Source: Phycisphaerales bacterium JB043 (GTDB taxonomy: Bacteria > Planctomycetota > Phycisphaerae > Phycisphaerales > UBA1924). From it: a stretch of DNA of 64,000 bases. Positions within the stretch are counted from its first letter, which is position 1, and every line of letters begins with the position of its first letter. The notes under the pieces were generated by a model, which saw nothing but the letters and a program-made list of their open reading frames with translations, made no database searches and had not been told where the DNA came from. Positions 55,278-64,000 of this stretch are shown here, piece by piece. Location of the stretch: NCBI GenBank assembly GCA_043101425.1, contig JBICIA010000003.1, forward strand, positions 1 through 64,000. Reading direction: 5' to 3'. The position numbers and the translations under genes are program-made.

Positions 55278-57185
55278 TCAGCCCCAGACGCTGAGCAGCA
55301 GCCCGAGATCACCACCGTCGACCTCGCCGTCCTGGTTGAGATCCTCGGGGCAGGCGCCCATGCACCCCCAGCTGGAGAGAAGCAAGCCCAGGTCTGCGCC
55401 ATCGACGGTGCCGTCGTCGTTGAAGTCTGCTCTGCAGGCGATGTTGCATCCCTCCCAGTTGGAGAGGAGCAGCCCGAGATCGATGCCATTGACGTGTCCG
55501 TCGTTGTTGATATCGGCCATGCAGCGTGTCGGGCAGAACCCCCATTGCCCGAGCATGATGCCGAGGTCCTCTGCGGTGACGACCCCGTCTCCAGTGAGAT
55601 CGAGCGACGGATCCGCCTCGATGCTCGAGACGACGATCGCCTGGGAGTTGTCGGTAAACGTGAGCTTGTAGGCGAATCGACCATCGTCGGTGAGGGAGAG
55701 GAATCCGCCATTGTCGCCCCCGCTGGAGAACGCGGCTTCTATGCCGAGGATCGTGCGGTCGTCGCCAGGGGCAACGGTGAACTGCTGCCCGGTCCGGGCG
55801 ACGAGATGGATCTCGCCTCGTGAATCGGTTGCCCAGACCGCGATGCGCGAGTTTGGATCGATGCCCGGGGCGTCGATGTCGCCTCGGAAGGCGATCTGTG
55901 TGGTGGCATTGCCGGCCGGGGCGATCGGGAACGAGCTGATGTACTCGTCGGGTGCCAGTGCCGGGTGGTGGTTGCCCTCTCTGGTGATGAGTTGGAGCTT
56001 GTCGTCGGGGAGCAGGCGCACCAGGATCTCGTCGTTCGTGGCGTCGATGCCTGGACCGCGCAGGCGTGCGCGGAATGGGGCGCCCGCGTCGGGATCTCCG
56101 GTGGGCATATCGAGGGCGAATATGGTCACGCCTGGCGCCTGTGCCGGGGCGGGATCGTCGGTCCGCACGGCGACCTTGAGTCCTGCGCCTCGATCAGTGA
56201 GGAGTGTCAGGTCGTTGGTGAAGTCACCATCCTGGTCGTTGAGGTTGGCGAGCGTGACGAGGGACCCGGCGATTCCGAACCCTGGCCAGCCGACGAACGA
56301 GTCGATCCACTCTCCTGGCGGTGAGTTGATAGGAACGTGTCCCTCGAAGGCGGTCTGCGCGATGCTGCCGTCGGGGTTGTGGATGATCAGCCCCTGATCG
56401 ACGAGCGCCGTGTACTCCTCGTTGGCGATGATGGTGTAGTACCCCATCATGCCGTTCTCACGCAGCGATGTGCGGCTGAAGGAACCGAATCGTCCGCCTG
56501 CGCTTAGTCCGGGTGGTGTGAGCATGCCCGTCGCGAAGTGCAGGTCGACGACGCCGGCGCTCGTTCGGTACCACTGCCCGGTGCCCGTGGAGTTCAGTCC
56601 CTTGGGCGCTGGGTAGACAACACCGAGGAACGTCGATTGCCCCGAGTTGTTGAGGGCCATGCTGATGAAATCGACATAGTCGGGGTTCCACATCTCGTCG
56701 AATTCGAATCCCACGGCATCGAGGACTTCGTAGGCTATGAGCTCGTATCCGCTGCTGTCGCCGATCCAGATCGTTGACAGATCGCTGTTCTGTGACGTGA
56801 CGATCGCGTGGAAAACAAACGTGTTGTTGTTCCTGACTATGGGGACGAAGTTGAACTCGAAGGATTTGAATACGCCATCGAACTGTCCGAGCATTGTCGC
56901 GTCGCCCTCGCGAACGATGAGCGAGGCGGTCTCTGAGTCGTCGATCAGCACAAGCCCGGAGTCGATGGTCGGGTCCAGGGCGGGTCCGGTGAAACGGACT
57001 CGAAGGACGATGGCTCCCGAGTTGGAGATAGTTGGCCCGCCCACGAAGAAGCTCGCGACCGTTCCTGGCTCGGTGTTTGGGATCGGATCACCCGTGAGAT
57101 ACACGATCTCGTGGCTCACACCCGCGAGCGCGACGACAGGCATCGCGTGCGAGAGTAGGAGGGCGAGTGCCAGACGGATGGCCAT
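55278..57185 (-). CDS. Large secreted protein with three C-terminal dockerin-type (EF-hand-like) repeats
   Basis: Signal MAIRLALALLLSHAMPVVALA. C-terminal ADINNDGHVNGIDLGLLLSNWEGC, ADFNDDGTVDGADLGLLLSSWGC and EDLNQDGEVDGGDLGLLLSVWG. Confidence 0.7.
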   Translation of the reverse strand: MAIRLALALLLSHAMPVVALAGVSHEIVYLTGDPIPNTEPGTVASFFVGGPTISNSGAIVLRVRFTGPALDPTIDSGLVLIDDSETASLIVREGDATMLGQFDGVFKSFEFNFVPIVRNNNTFVFHAIVTSQNSDLSTIWIGDSSGYELIAYEVLDAVGFEFDEMWNPDYVDFISMALNNSGQSTFLGVVYPAPKGLNSTGTGQWYRTSAGVVDLHFATGMLTPPGLSAGGRFGSFSRTSLRENGMMGYYTIIANEEYTALVDQGLIIHNPDGSIAQTAFEGHVPINSPPGEWIDSFVGWPGFGIAGSLVTLANLNDQDGDFTNDLTLLTDRGAGLKVAVRTDDPAPAQAPGVTIFALDMPTGDPDAGAPFRARLRGPGIDATNDEILVRLLPDDKLQLITREGNHHPALAPDEYISSFPIAPAGNATTQIAFRGDIDAPGIDPNSRIAVWATDSRGEIHLVARTGQQFTVAPGDDRTILGIEAAFSSGGDNGGFLSLTDDGRFAYKLTFTDNSQAIVVSSIEADPSLDLTGDGVVTAEDLGIMLGQWGFCPTRCMADINNDGHVNGIDLGLLLSNWEGCNIACRADFNDDGTVDGADLGLLLSSWGCMGACPEDLNQDGEVDGGDLGLLLSVWG

Positions 57186-57337
57186 GGGAACGGATCTCCG
57201 GGTGACAGATTGTAGTCCTGCAGACATAGACCTCCCGCCCACGTGAGCAGATTCGTTCGCGGCGCTCATCTGGTTCCTGTGCATTCTTCTCGGTCCTGGG
57301 CCTCACTCGAGCGCTGGGAGGGTATCCTGCGCCACCC

Positions 57338-58444
57338 ATGACGGATCAGACACCCAGCACCAGCATGCCCCAGAGCCCCTCGGGGGGGCTCTCCTACTCC
57401 AAGGCGGGTGTTGATATCGAGCGCGGTGACGCCTTCGTGGGCACGATCCTCAACACGTTGCGCGCCACGCACGGGCCGAGGGTCATTCCGAATCCTGGTG
57501 GGTTCGCGGGGCTGTTTCGTCTGGATTACAACGAGCAGCTGTTCCAGCGGAACTACAAGGATCCCGTGCTCGTGGCGTGTGCCGATGGCGTGGGCACCAA
57601 AGTCAGGCTCGCGATCCAGATGGACCGGCTGGACACGATCGGGATCGATCTTGTTGCGATGAACGTGAACGATCTGGTGGTGCAGGGAGCCGAGCCGCTG
57701 TTCTTTCTCGACTACATCGCCGCGCACACGCTCGAGCCCGAGCGGATGGCGGACATCGTGAGGGGTATCGGCGAGGCGTGCGAGCGATGTCGGTGCGCGC
57801 TGCTTGGGGGTGAGACGGCCGAGATGCCCGGTGTGTACCCCGAGGGTGAGATCGATCTGGCGGGTTTTGCGGTGGGGGTGGTCGAGCTGCGCAAGGCAAC
57901 AAATCCGCTGCGCGTGCAGGCGGGCGACATTGTCCTGGGATTGGGATCGGACGGGGTGCACTCGAACGGCTTCTCGTTGGTTCACGCCATCATCGATCGT
58001 GCCTCGCTGGACCTGGACGCGACCTACGAGGAGCTGGGAGACGATCGCACGCTCGGCGAGCACCTTCTGGCCCCGACGAGACTCTACGCCCCTCCGATTG
58101 TGCAGCTGCTTGGTTCGTACAAGGTCAAGCGTGTGGTCTCGGCGATGGCGCACATCACTGGGGGGGGGCTCGCGGACAATCTCGCCCGGTCGATCCCCGA
58201 TGGTCTCGACGCCGTGGTTCGACGATCCACATGGGAGGTGCCGGCGCTCTTCTCGTTCCTTCGTGACCGGGGAGGGGTCGACGAGGACGAGATGTGGCGC
58301 GTGTTCAACATGGGGATTGGATACTGCCTGGTGGTGCGCCCCGCGTTCGCGGACGCGGTTACCGATAAGCTCCGCGCGATGGGCGAGCGGGTGTTTCGCA
58401 TCGGGAAGGTCACCCGGGGCAGGGGAAGCGTGCGGTTCCGCTAG
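57338..58444 (+). CDS. purM: Phosphoribosylformylglycinamidine cyclo-ligase (AIR synthetase)
   Basis: GGFAGLFRLD, VACADGVGTKVRLA, GIDLVAMNVNDLVVQGAEPLFFLDY, GGETAEMPGVY. Confidence 0.95.
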   Translation: MTDQTPSTSMPQSPSGGLSYSKAGVDIERGDAFVGTILNTLRATHGPRVIPNPGGFAGLFRLDYNEQLFQRNYKDPVLVACADGVGTKVRLAIQMDRLDTIGIDLVAMNVNDLVVQGAEPLFFLDYIAAHTLEPERMADIVRGIGEACERCRCALLGGETAEMPGVYPEGEIDLAGFAVGVVELRKATNPLRVQAGDIVLGLGSDGVHSNGFSLVHAIIDRASLDLDATYEELGDDRTLGEHLLAPTRLYAPPIVQLLGSYKVKRVVSAMAHITGGGLADNLARSIPDGLDAVVRRSTWEVPALFSFLRDRGGVDEDEMWRVFNMGIGYCLVVRPAFADAVTDKLRAMGERVFRIGKVTRGRGSVRFR

Positions 58445-60900
58445 TCGATGCGATCTGATTCGCGGAGCGACGCCTCGTAAGCGTCGATCATCTCGAGCAC
58501 GATCGGGTTGGTGGCGCTCTGGCGCGCGTACGCGAGGAACGGGTCGTCCGCTCGCGTGACGCGTGTGAGCATATAGGCGAGCTGCACAAGCGGATCGGTC
58601 GAGAGTGACATCGAGTTATCGAGCTGTCCGAGCTCGGCCTGGAAGTTGCTGGAGGTGGGCATCTGGAGCACGAGTAGCGCCCTCAGGGCGTCGGGGAGTG
58701 CTTGTGCACGCTGGGTGATCGTCTCGCTCAACTCGTTGCGTATTCTGAACTGCTCGTTGGGTTCAGAGGCGTCGTCTGCGCGGAGGAAGCTGTTGCCCGA
58801 GACGAGCACGGCATCGAGAAGCTCACCCGGGGTGCTCGATGAGAATGCTTCGATGAGCGTTCCGCTGGGGTCGTTTGCGAATCGCACGACGGGGCGCGTG
58901 AAGCTCGCGGATGAGTTGCTCACCGAGTGGGGGCCTGTGATGTAGCGCCCGCTCGCGTCCTGCGCGAATCCCTGTACGACACGCCAGCGGACGCTCGCCG
59001 GGAGGTAGAGGAGGCGCATGACCACCTCTCCAAGCTGCCCGGCGCCGAGCCAGGCGGTCTGCGTGACCGACTCTCCGGGCATGAGACGAAGGCGAGTTCC
59101 CATCTGCACGATCTCGGGTCGAGCGAGTTGGTGGGCCAGTTGCCCCGAGAGAGTCAGACGCGGTGCGCACAGCAGGCGTGTCTCGATCGGGCGACCCTCG
59201 CCGACCGCCAGTGGGAATGGTGATGTGTTGGTGATCGTGACTCGAAGCTCGATGCGATCTGTCGGGGAGACTCGAGACGGGACGGCCTCCACGCGCAGAT
59301 CCTGCCAGCGAGACGGCTCGGAGGCGAACTCATCGATTGTTGTTGGGAGCGATCTGGCATACGACTCGAGCGTGGCGGACACGCTCGTGGGATTGAGCGA
59401 TTGCTCGAGGAGTTTCTCGATCATTGACCGTGCCCAGAGCGCCGGGGGCTGTCCCTCGAGATGCTGGGTCGCGCGTGCGAACGCGCGAGCGGCGTTGACC
59501 GGTCTTTCGTGGTCCCGCTCGATGATCGCCAGCGCGAGATGCGCCAGAGGGTCTTGATTGATGATGCCATCGAGTAGCTGCTCGGCGCCGCCCGAGTCGC
59601 CGGTCCGGTGCGAGAGCAGCGCGTTGAGGCGCGACACAGTGCGACGAGCCTGCTCGAGATCGGGGATGACGAGCTCATCCCTCCAGCGTGCGGCCTCATC
59701 GATGCGCTTATTGGCGAGGAGTGACAACCAGATGATCTCGGCTCGAGCGGAGAAGATGCCCAGGGCGATCTCGTTCTCAGAGGCCTGTTCGGTGTCCCGG
59801 AGCGCACGATAACCCTGCACGCGTTCGTCGTTGAGCTGGACGAGACGATCGAGTGAGGTCGTGACGGCCTCGTCGTCCTCGAGGGCGAGCCCCAGATAGA
59901 ACTGGAGTGTCTCGGAGGACTCGATCGGTTTGAACACCATGACCTCGGAGGGATCGATCAGCCCCTCCTCGACACCCGCGCGCTGCCGCTCGATCGTGTA
60001 GAGGAATCGTGCCTCATCGTCGCGCAGCTTCTGGAGCACCTGGGGAGCGCCGTGGGCGCCCCACTCGGCGAGCAGCGTGCGGAGCATGACGTGCTCGTCG
60101 AGCGTGACGTCATGGCTCGAGGCCAGCGCGCGCGTGGTGTCGTAGAAGCGGGCCGCGCTCATAAACGCGCCGTGGCGGAGGAACTCATCTGCCAGTGCCA
60201 GGTGTGATTCGAAGCGGAGAGGATCGGCGAGCACGACGTTGGCCAGGAGCTCGACTCGTGCGAGCGGATCTGCGGTCTTCTCGAGCCCGACTCTTGCGGT
60301 CAGTGTGGCGGCGTCGAGGTTCGTGCTGTCCAGTTGTGTCGCCAGCGTCAGCAGTTGGAGGAACCGCTGCCGATTTCCCAGCTCTCGATGGAGCAGCGAC
60401 GCGTCAAGGGCCAGGCGGCTGCGGATGGACGGGTCCAGCCCGGACCCAGCGGTCGAGAGCATCTTGTCGTAGCGAGCGAGTCGCTCCTCGGCGGTGTCGA
60501 GATTCTCGATCGCGTGGTTGAGGAGTCGGAGCTGCGCGAGGGTGTCGCGTGGGTCGAGTCGGAGAACCCGTCGGAGCGCGCCGAGCTCGCGACGGGTGTC
60601 CTGGGCGGTGCGCCATGCTTCGGCCGCACGGCGCCAGAGATAGACATCGTCGTCACGATGGCGGGCTGCGAACTCGAAGACGAGCGCCATCATGCGGTGA
60701 TCTATGTCGCTGCGATTCGGCGTGTCGCGATACTGGATGACAGCGGTGCGCACGATGCGGTCGACGACCGCGTGCTCATACACGGACTCATCCCATTGCG
60801 CCTCTTCCTGGGCGAGAGAGGACGTCACGAGCCCGCACGGGACGATCGTCGGGAGTGCCAGGGCCAGCGACGCTGCGAGGATACGTGTGCGGGGCATCAT
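58441..60900 (-). CDS. Secreted TPR/helical-repeat protein (~820 aa)
   Basis: Signal MMPRTRILAASLALALPTIVPCGLVTSSLAQ, then degenerate TPR-like repeats. ATG overlaps the stop of the upstream small membrane gene. The annotated 1001-aa ORF's R/P-rich upstream part is discounted. Confidence 0.65.
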   Translation of the reverse strand: MMPRTRILAASLALALPTIVPCGLVTSSLAQEEAQWDESVYEHAVVDRIVRTAVIQYRDTPNRSDIDHRMMALVFEFAARHRDDDVYLWRRAAEAWRTAQDTRRELGALRRVLRLDPRDTLAQLRLLNHAIENLDTAEERLARYDKMLSTAGSGLDPSIRSRLALDASLLHRELGNRQRFLQLLTLATQLDSTNLDAATLTARVGLEKTADPLARVELLANVVLADPLRFESHLALADEFLRHGAFMSAARFYDTTRALASSHDVTLDEHVMLRTLLAEWGAHGAPQVLQKLRDDEARFLYTIERQRAGVEEGLIDPSEVMVFKPIESSETLQFYLGLALEDDEAVTTSLDRLVQLNDERVQGYRALRDTEQASENEIALGIFSARAEIIWLSLLANKRIDEAARWRDELVIPDLEQARRTVSRLNALLSHRTGDSGGAEQLLDGIINQDPLAHLALAIIERDHERPVNAARAFARATQHLEGQPPALWARSMIEKLLEQSLNPTSVSATLESYARSLPTTIDEFASEPSRWQDLRVEAVPSRVSPTDRIELRVTITNTSPFPLAVGEGRPIETRLLCAPRLTLSGQLAHQLARPEIVQMGTRLRLMPGESVTQTAWLGAGQLGEVVMRLLYLPASVRWRVVQGFAQDASGRYITGPHSVSNSSASFTRPVVRFANDPSGTLIEAFSSSTPGELLDAVLVSGNSFLRADDASEPNEQFRIRNELSETITQRAQALPDALRALLVLQMPTSSNFQAELGQLDNSMSLSTDPLVQLAYMLTRVTRADDPFLAYARQSATNPIVLEMIDAYEASLRESDRID

Positions 60901-61230
60901 CCGGATATGCCCACGACGATGGTGATGCTGGCCGCAAAACCGGCAAGGAACAGCCCGGCGAGCGTGAGCTCGGTCCACATGGCCAGCTGGGCCTGGACGC
61001 GTGGGAAGAGACGGTCGGCGACGATGACGACGAACACGAATGAGCCGGCGACGATCGCGGTGCACCCTGTGAGCAGGATGACGGGGCGCATGTTGGGGAA
61101 CTCGTTCCACCAGTGGGAGTCGAGCAGCAGTCCGCCGTTGACCACGAGGATGGTGGCAAGCAGGGCGCCAAGGGCAATGACCGCGTATCTCCTTGCGATG
61201 CGAACCACGTGGGCCTCCGGACGAATAAGC
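60897..61230 (-). CDS. Small (~111 aa) 3-4 TM membrane protein, translationally coupled to the TPR protein
   Basis: MLIRPEAHVVRIARRYAVIALGALLATILVVNGGLLLDSHWWNEFPNMRPVILLTGCTAIVAGSFVFVVIVADRLFPRV... Stop TGA overlaps the ATGATG of the next gene. Confidence 0.5.
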
Positions 61231-61424
61231 ATATCGGGTCGATGAGCGGGATGGACTGATGGGGTGCCCGAGGGCGTCGATTGACGACGCTGTGCGAGGT
61301 AGATTACCGTCCCCCCGCCCTGGATGCCCGGAAGTGGCGAGCTTTGTTGGGTTCGTGGTGGATTTGCTACGATACCCGACCTCGCCCAGTCGCCTGACAG
61401 CAGTCCTGAGGAGTTCTCCTGCGC

Positions 61425-62525
61425 ATGTCCCTCGTGATTTTTCCATATCGGCTTGTTGTGATACTCGTGGGCTGTCTGGCCCTCTCGCTCGCGACTCCTG
61501 TGCGTGCGCAGGTATCGATCGATGATCTGGACCCGTTCATCTCGAGCTCGAACGTGAACGCGGGCATCTCGGTCATCCGTCAGTACGCCAGGGCACACCT
61601 TGATGCACTCGGCGATGGCGACGCCAGCGCCCGATCCGGTGCTCGTGAGGCGCTCCGTGAGCCCCTCGTCGATGTGACGCTCCCGTCGGTGGCGTTTCGT
61701 CTGGCATACGACGCCGAGCTGCGTATCGACCTGCAGCGGATGATCGATGATGGCGATGCCCCGAAGGCGATCAACGCGATCTACATCATGGGCGACCTCG
61801 GCACGACGCAGTCGATGGGCACCCTTATCAGTGCGTTGTCCAGCGACGATGAGAGCATTCGATACGCGACCGCGGTCGCGCTTCGTCGCACCATGGAGAT
61901 CATCAATTCCGGACGGGGCGCTATCACCGTGGACGACGTGCCAGGGCTGATTGACACGATCCGCCAGGCGATGGAACGCGAGACGAGCGTGTTGGTGGTC
62001 GATGCGCTGGTGAGAGCCCTGGAGCCACTCCGGACCGATGCGGAGTTACGCGATGCGGCGAACATCGCGATCTGTCAGGGCGTGGTGGCGGTGTTCCGTG
62101 CTCGGGCTACAAACGCCGACGCGTACCAGGATGCCATGACACTGTATAGAGCAATCGCGACAGTTCAGAGCACTCACATGGATCTGGGTACGGATCCGGA
62201 TCGACAGTTGGTTGAGCAATCCGGTGATCTCGCGGGACAGACGATGGCGGAGTTGCTCAGGGTGCTCCAGAATGGTGGGATCGACGACTCCGCGTTGTTT
62301 GATATTTCTTTGAAGGGCATGCGTGCAGCGGAGACTCTGGCGGGACTGGCGGCTCCGAATCTCGACAGGAGCACCACGAGTGTGACCATCAATCGCGCTA
62401 CGCGGGATCTCCAGGCGGGTGGTGACCTGTCATCACTCGAGGCCGCCGTTGACGCGTGGATCGGTCCGACGGGTTTGCTGACTCGTGCTCCGTTCCGGCT
62501 CAACGATGCGGATTTTGCCAACTGA
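61425..62525 (+). CDS. Secreted helical (HEAT-like) repeat protein, hypothetical
   Basis: Signal MSLVIFPYRLVVILVGCLALSLATPVRAQ. Repeats ...IRYATAVALRR... and ...VLVVDALVRALE... Confidence 0.5.
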   Translation: MSLVIFPYRLVVILVGCLALSLATPVRAQVSIDDLDPFISSSNVNAGISVIRQYARAHLDALGDGDASARSGAREALREPLVDVTLPSVAFRLAYDAELRIDLQRMIDDGDAPKAINAIYIMGDLGTTQSMGTLISALSSDDESIRYATAVALRRTMEIINSGRGAITVDDVPGLIDTIRQAMERETSVLVVDALVRALEPLRTDAELRDAANIAICQGVVAVFRARATNADAYQDAMTLYRAIATVQSTHMDLGTDPDRQLVEQSGDLAGQTMAELLRVLQNGGIDDSALFDISLKGMRAAETLAGLAAPNLDRSTTSVTINRATRDLQAGGDLSSLEAAVDAWIGPTGLLTRAPFRLNDADFAN

Positions 62526-62565
62526 CTACTCCGACATCGTTGTGTGTACGCGATATTCTTGTGTC

Positions 62566-63222
62566 ATGCTCGCGCGCGACGTGATCGTTCTTGTTCTCGG
62601 TATGTGCGCGTCTGTGTGCGCGCGTGCTGAGAGCGCCTCGTCGCTTCGCTTCGACTCGACGGAGGCGATGGCCGAGTGGCTCGTCTCGCAGGACGAGAAC
62701 GCAGCGTCCGAGCCGGATCCGTCCACCGCAGTGGCCTCGTTCGGTCGCGAGGATGACTCGGCGTGGTCGATCAGCGCCGGCTCCGTGCTGCTCATGCAGG
62801 ACGCGGACGCGTACCCGCACGTGGAGATCGCCTTACACGAGTTCCTCGTCGAGGGATTCGAGGTTGTCGGCGAGCTGAGTGTGTGGGAGTTCTTCCAGGA
62901 TGGCGACGACGCGACCGGTGCCGCGCTGAGCGTGGACTTCCGCTGGCACTACTGGCACTCGGACGACTGGAGAGAGTCGTATTTCGCGCACGTCGGCGCG
63001 GGCGTGCTGTTCACCGACGAGCACGTGCCCGACGACGGCTCGTCCGTGAACTTCATCCCGAGGATGGGCCTGGGCTACACACGCCAGATACGCGAGGACG
63101 GCACGCGGTTCGTCGCCAATCTCCGATGGCAGCACGTGTCCAACGGCAGGATCCTCTCGGGCGACGAGAACCCCGGGCGTGACGGCGTGTCACTCTCCGC
63201 GGGCGTCATCATCCCGTTCTGA
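62566..63222 (+). CDS. Outer-membrane lipid A 3-O-deacylase PagL-like (acyloxyacyl hydrolase family)
   Basis: Signal MLARDVIVLVLGMCASVCARA. HVSNG motif (RWQHVSNGRI) resembling the PagL HxSNG catalytic site. C-terminal GVIIPF aromatic terminus. Confidence 0.6.
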   Translation: MLARDVIVLVLGMCASVCARAESASSLRFDSTEAMAEWLVSQDENAASEPDPSTAVASFGREDDSAWSISAGSVLLMQDADAYPHVEIALHEFLVEGFEVVGELSVWEFFQDGDDATGAALSVDFRWHYWHSDDWRESYFAHVGAGVLFTDEHVPDDGSSVNFIPRMGLGYTRQIREDGTRFVANLRWQHVSNGRILSGDENPGRDGVSLSAGVIIPF

Positions 63223-64000
63223 TCAGCTCGCGTAACCCTGGGGATGCTTTTGCATCCACTCCCAGGCGCTGCGGATGATCTCGTCCAGATCAGTGATCGC
63301 GGGCGTGAAGCCGAGCTCGCGCTCGATCTTCTGGGCTGACGCGGTCAGCGTGGGTGGGTCCGCGGGATTCGACGGCGCGTCGGCGACCTCGATGGGCACG
63401 CCGGTGACGCGTTTGACCGCGTCGGCGATCTGGCGGACGGAGAAGCCCTCGCCGTTGCCCAGGTTGTAGATGAGTCGCATCTTGTCTTCGTCGTGTGGGT
63501 CGAGCGCCTCGAGCACCCTGACGTGCGCGTCGACGAGATCGTCGACGTGGATGTAATCGCGGACGCACGTGCCGTCGGGGGTAGGGCGGTCATTGCCGAA
63601 GATGGTCAGCTGCTCGCGCGTGCCTTGCGCGACTTCGAGGGCGATGGGGATGATGTGCGTCTCGGGGTCGTGGTCCTCTCCAAGGACACCCTCCGTGTCG
63701 CAGCCGGCGACGTTGAAGTAGCGGAGCGCCGCGTAGGCGAAGGGGATGCCGTCGTGGACGAGATTGTCCTGGGCGTCCAGGAGGACTCTCTCGAAGAAGA
63801 GCTTCGACCATCCGTAGGGGTTGATGGGCGCTTGCGGGCAGGACTCGGTGATGGGTATGAGAGACGGGTCAGGCTCGCCGTAGGTAGCACAGGTGGACGA
63901 GAAGACGAACCTAGTGATGCCTTGCTCGAGGCAGGCGTTGAGGAGCGTGATCGAGCCGGCGGTGTTGTTTCGATAGTAGCGCACGGGCTCGTTGACGGAC
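63223..64000 (-). CDS. galE: UDP-glucose 4-epimerase (C-terminal ~250 aa; N-terminus beyond window)
   Basis: YGWSKLFFERVL (YxxxK), RYFNVAG, DGTCVRDYIHVDDLVDAHV, YNLGNGEGFSV. Confidence 0.9.
   Translation of the reverse strand, partial: SVNEPVRYYRNNTAGSITLLNACLEQGITRFVFSSTCATYGEPDPSLIPITESCPQAPINPYGWSKLFFERVLLDAQDNLVHDGIPFAYAALRYFNVAGCDTEGVLGEDHDPETHIIPIALEVAQGTREQLTIFGNDRPTPDGTCVRDYIHVDDLVDAHVRVLEALDPHDEDKMRLIYNLGNGEGFSVRQIADAVKRVTGVPIEVADAPSNPADPPTLTASAQKIERELGFTPAITDLDEIIRSAWEWMQKHPQGYAS

Overview
Summary: High-GC (~68%) bacterial chromosomal window; every readable CDS shows strong GC3 bias. Several features suggest a PVC-superphylum (Planctomycetes-like) source: a DUF1559 H-X9-DG pseudopilin-like protein, dockerin-repeat and PEP-CTERM-like surface proteins, Chlamydia YtgCR-like permease-repressor fusions, and a lysine-rich histone-H1-like tail on a DksA homolog. 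This is inference from protein families only; no rRNA or tRNA was seen. Most of the window is housekeeping: mraZ, accA, lspA, proC, trpB, groES-groEL, arfB, metK, rsmD, uppP, fabZ, purM and a partial galE, plus flotillin, a UbiD-family decarboxylase, MscS and a Tro/Znu-type metal ABC transporter. Two accessory patches stand out. (1) A ~2.2 kb island of much lower GC (roughly 40-45%) sits between the groEL terminator and ridA. It carries three co-oriented, translationally coupled genes: an HNH nuclease with an unrecognised C-terminal domain, an AlbA_2/Schlafen-like protein, and a protein with no recognisable domain. It looks like a horizontally acquired, possibly novel anti-phage or defence-like module. 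(2) A surface-protein cluster of two paralogous beta-helix proteins and two PSP-type PEP-CTERM-like proteins with lower-GC, partly conserved leaders. Smaller items include a metal-uptake operon in which both permeases carry DtxR-like repressor domains, next to a free mntR-like gene. The operon promoter is overlapped by a 16-bp palindrome. There is a strongly coding 74-codon ORF between groES and groEL, and an orphan mraZ with GTGGGG direct repeats upstream. The mraZ downstream region is ~360 nt of structured sequence ending in an intrinsic terminator. Several promoter-region palindromes were also noted. No CRISPR array, transposase or integrase was seen.
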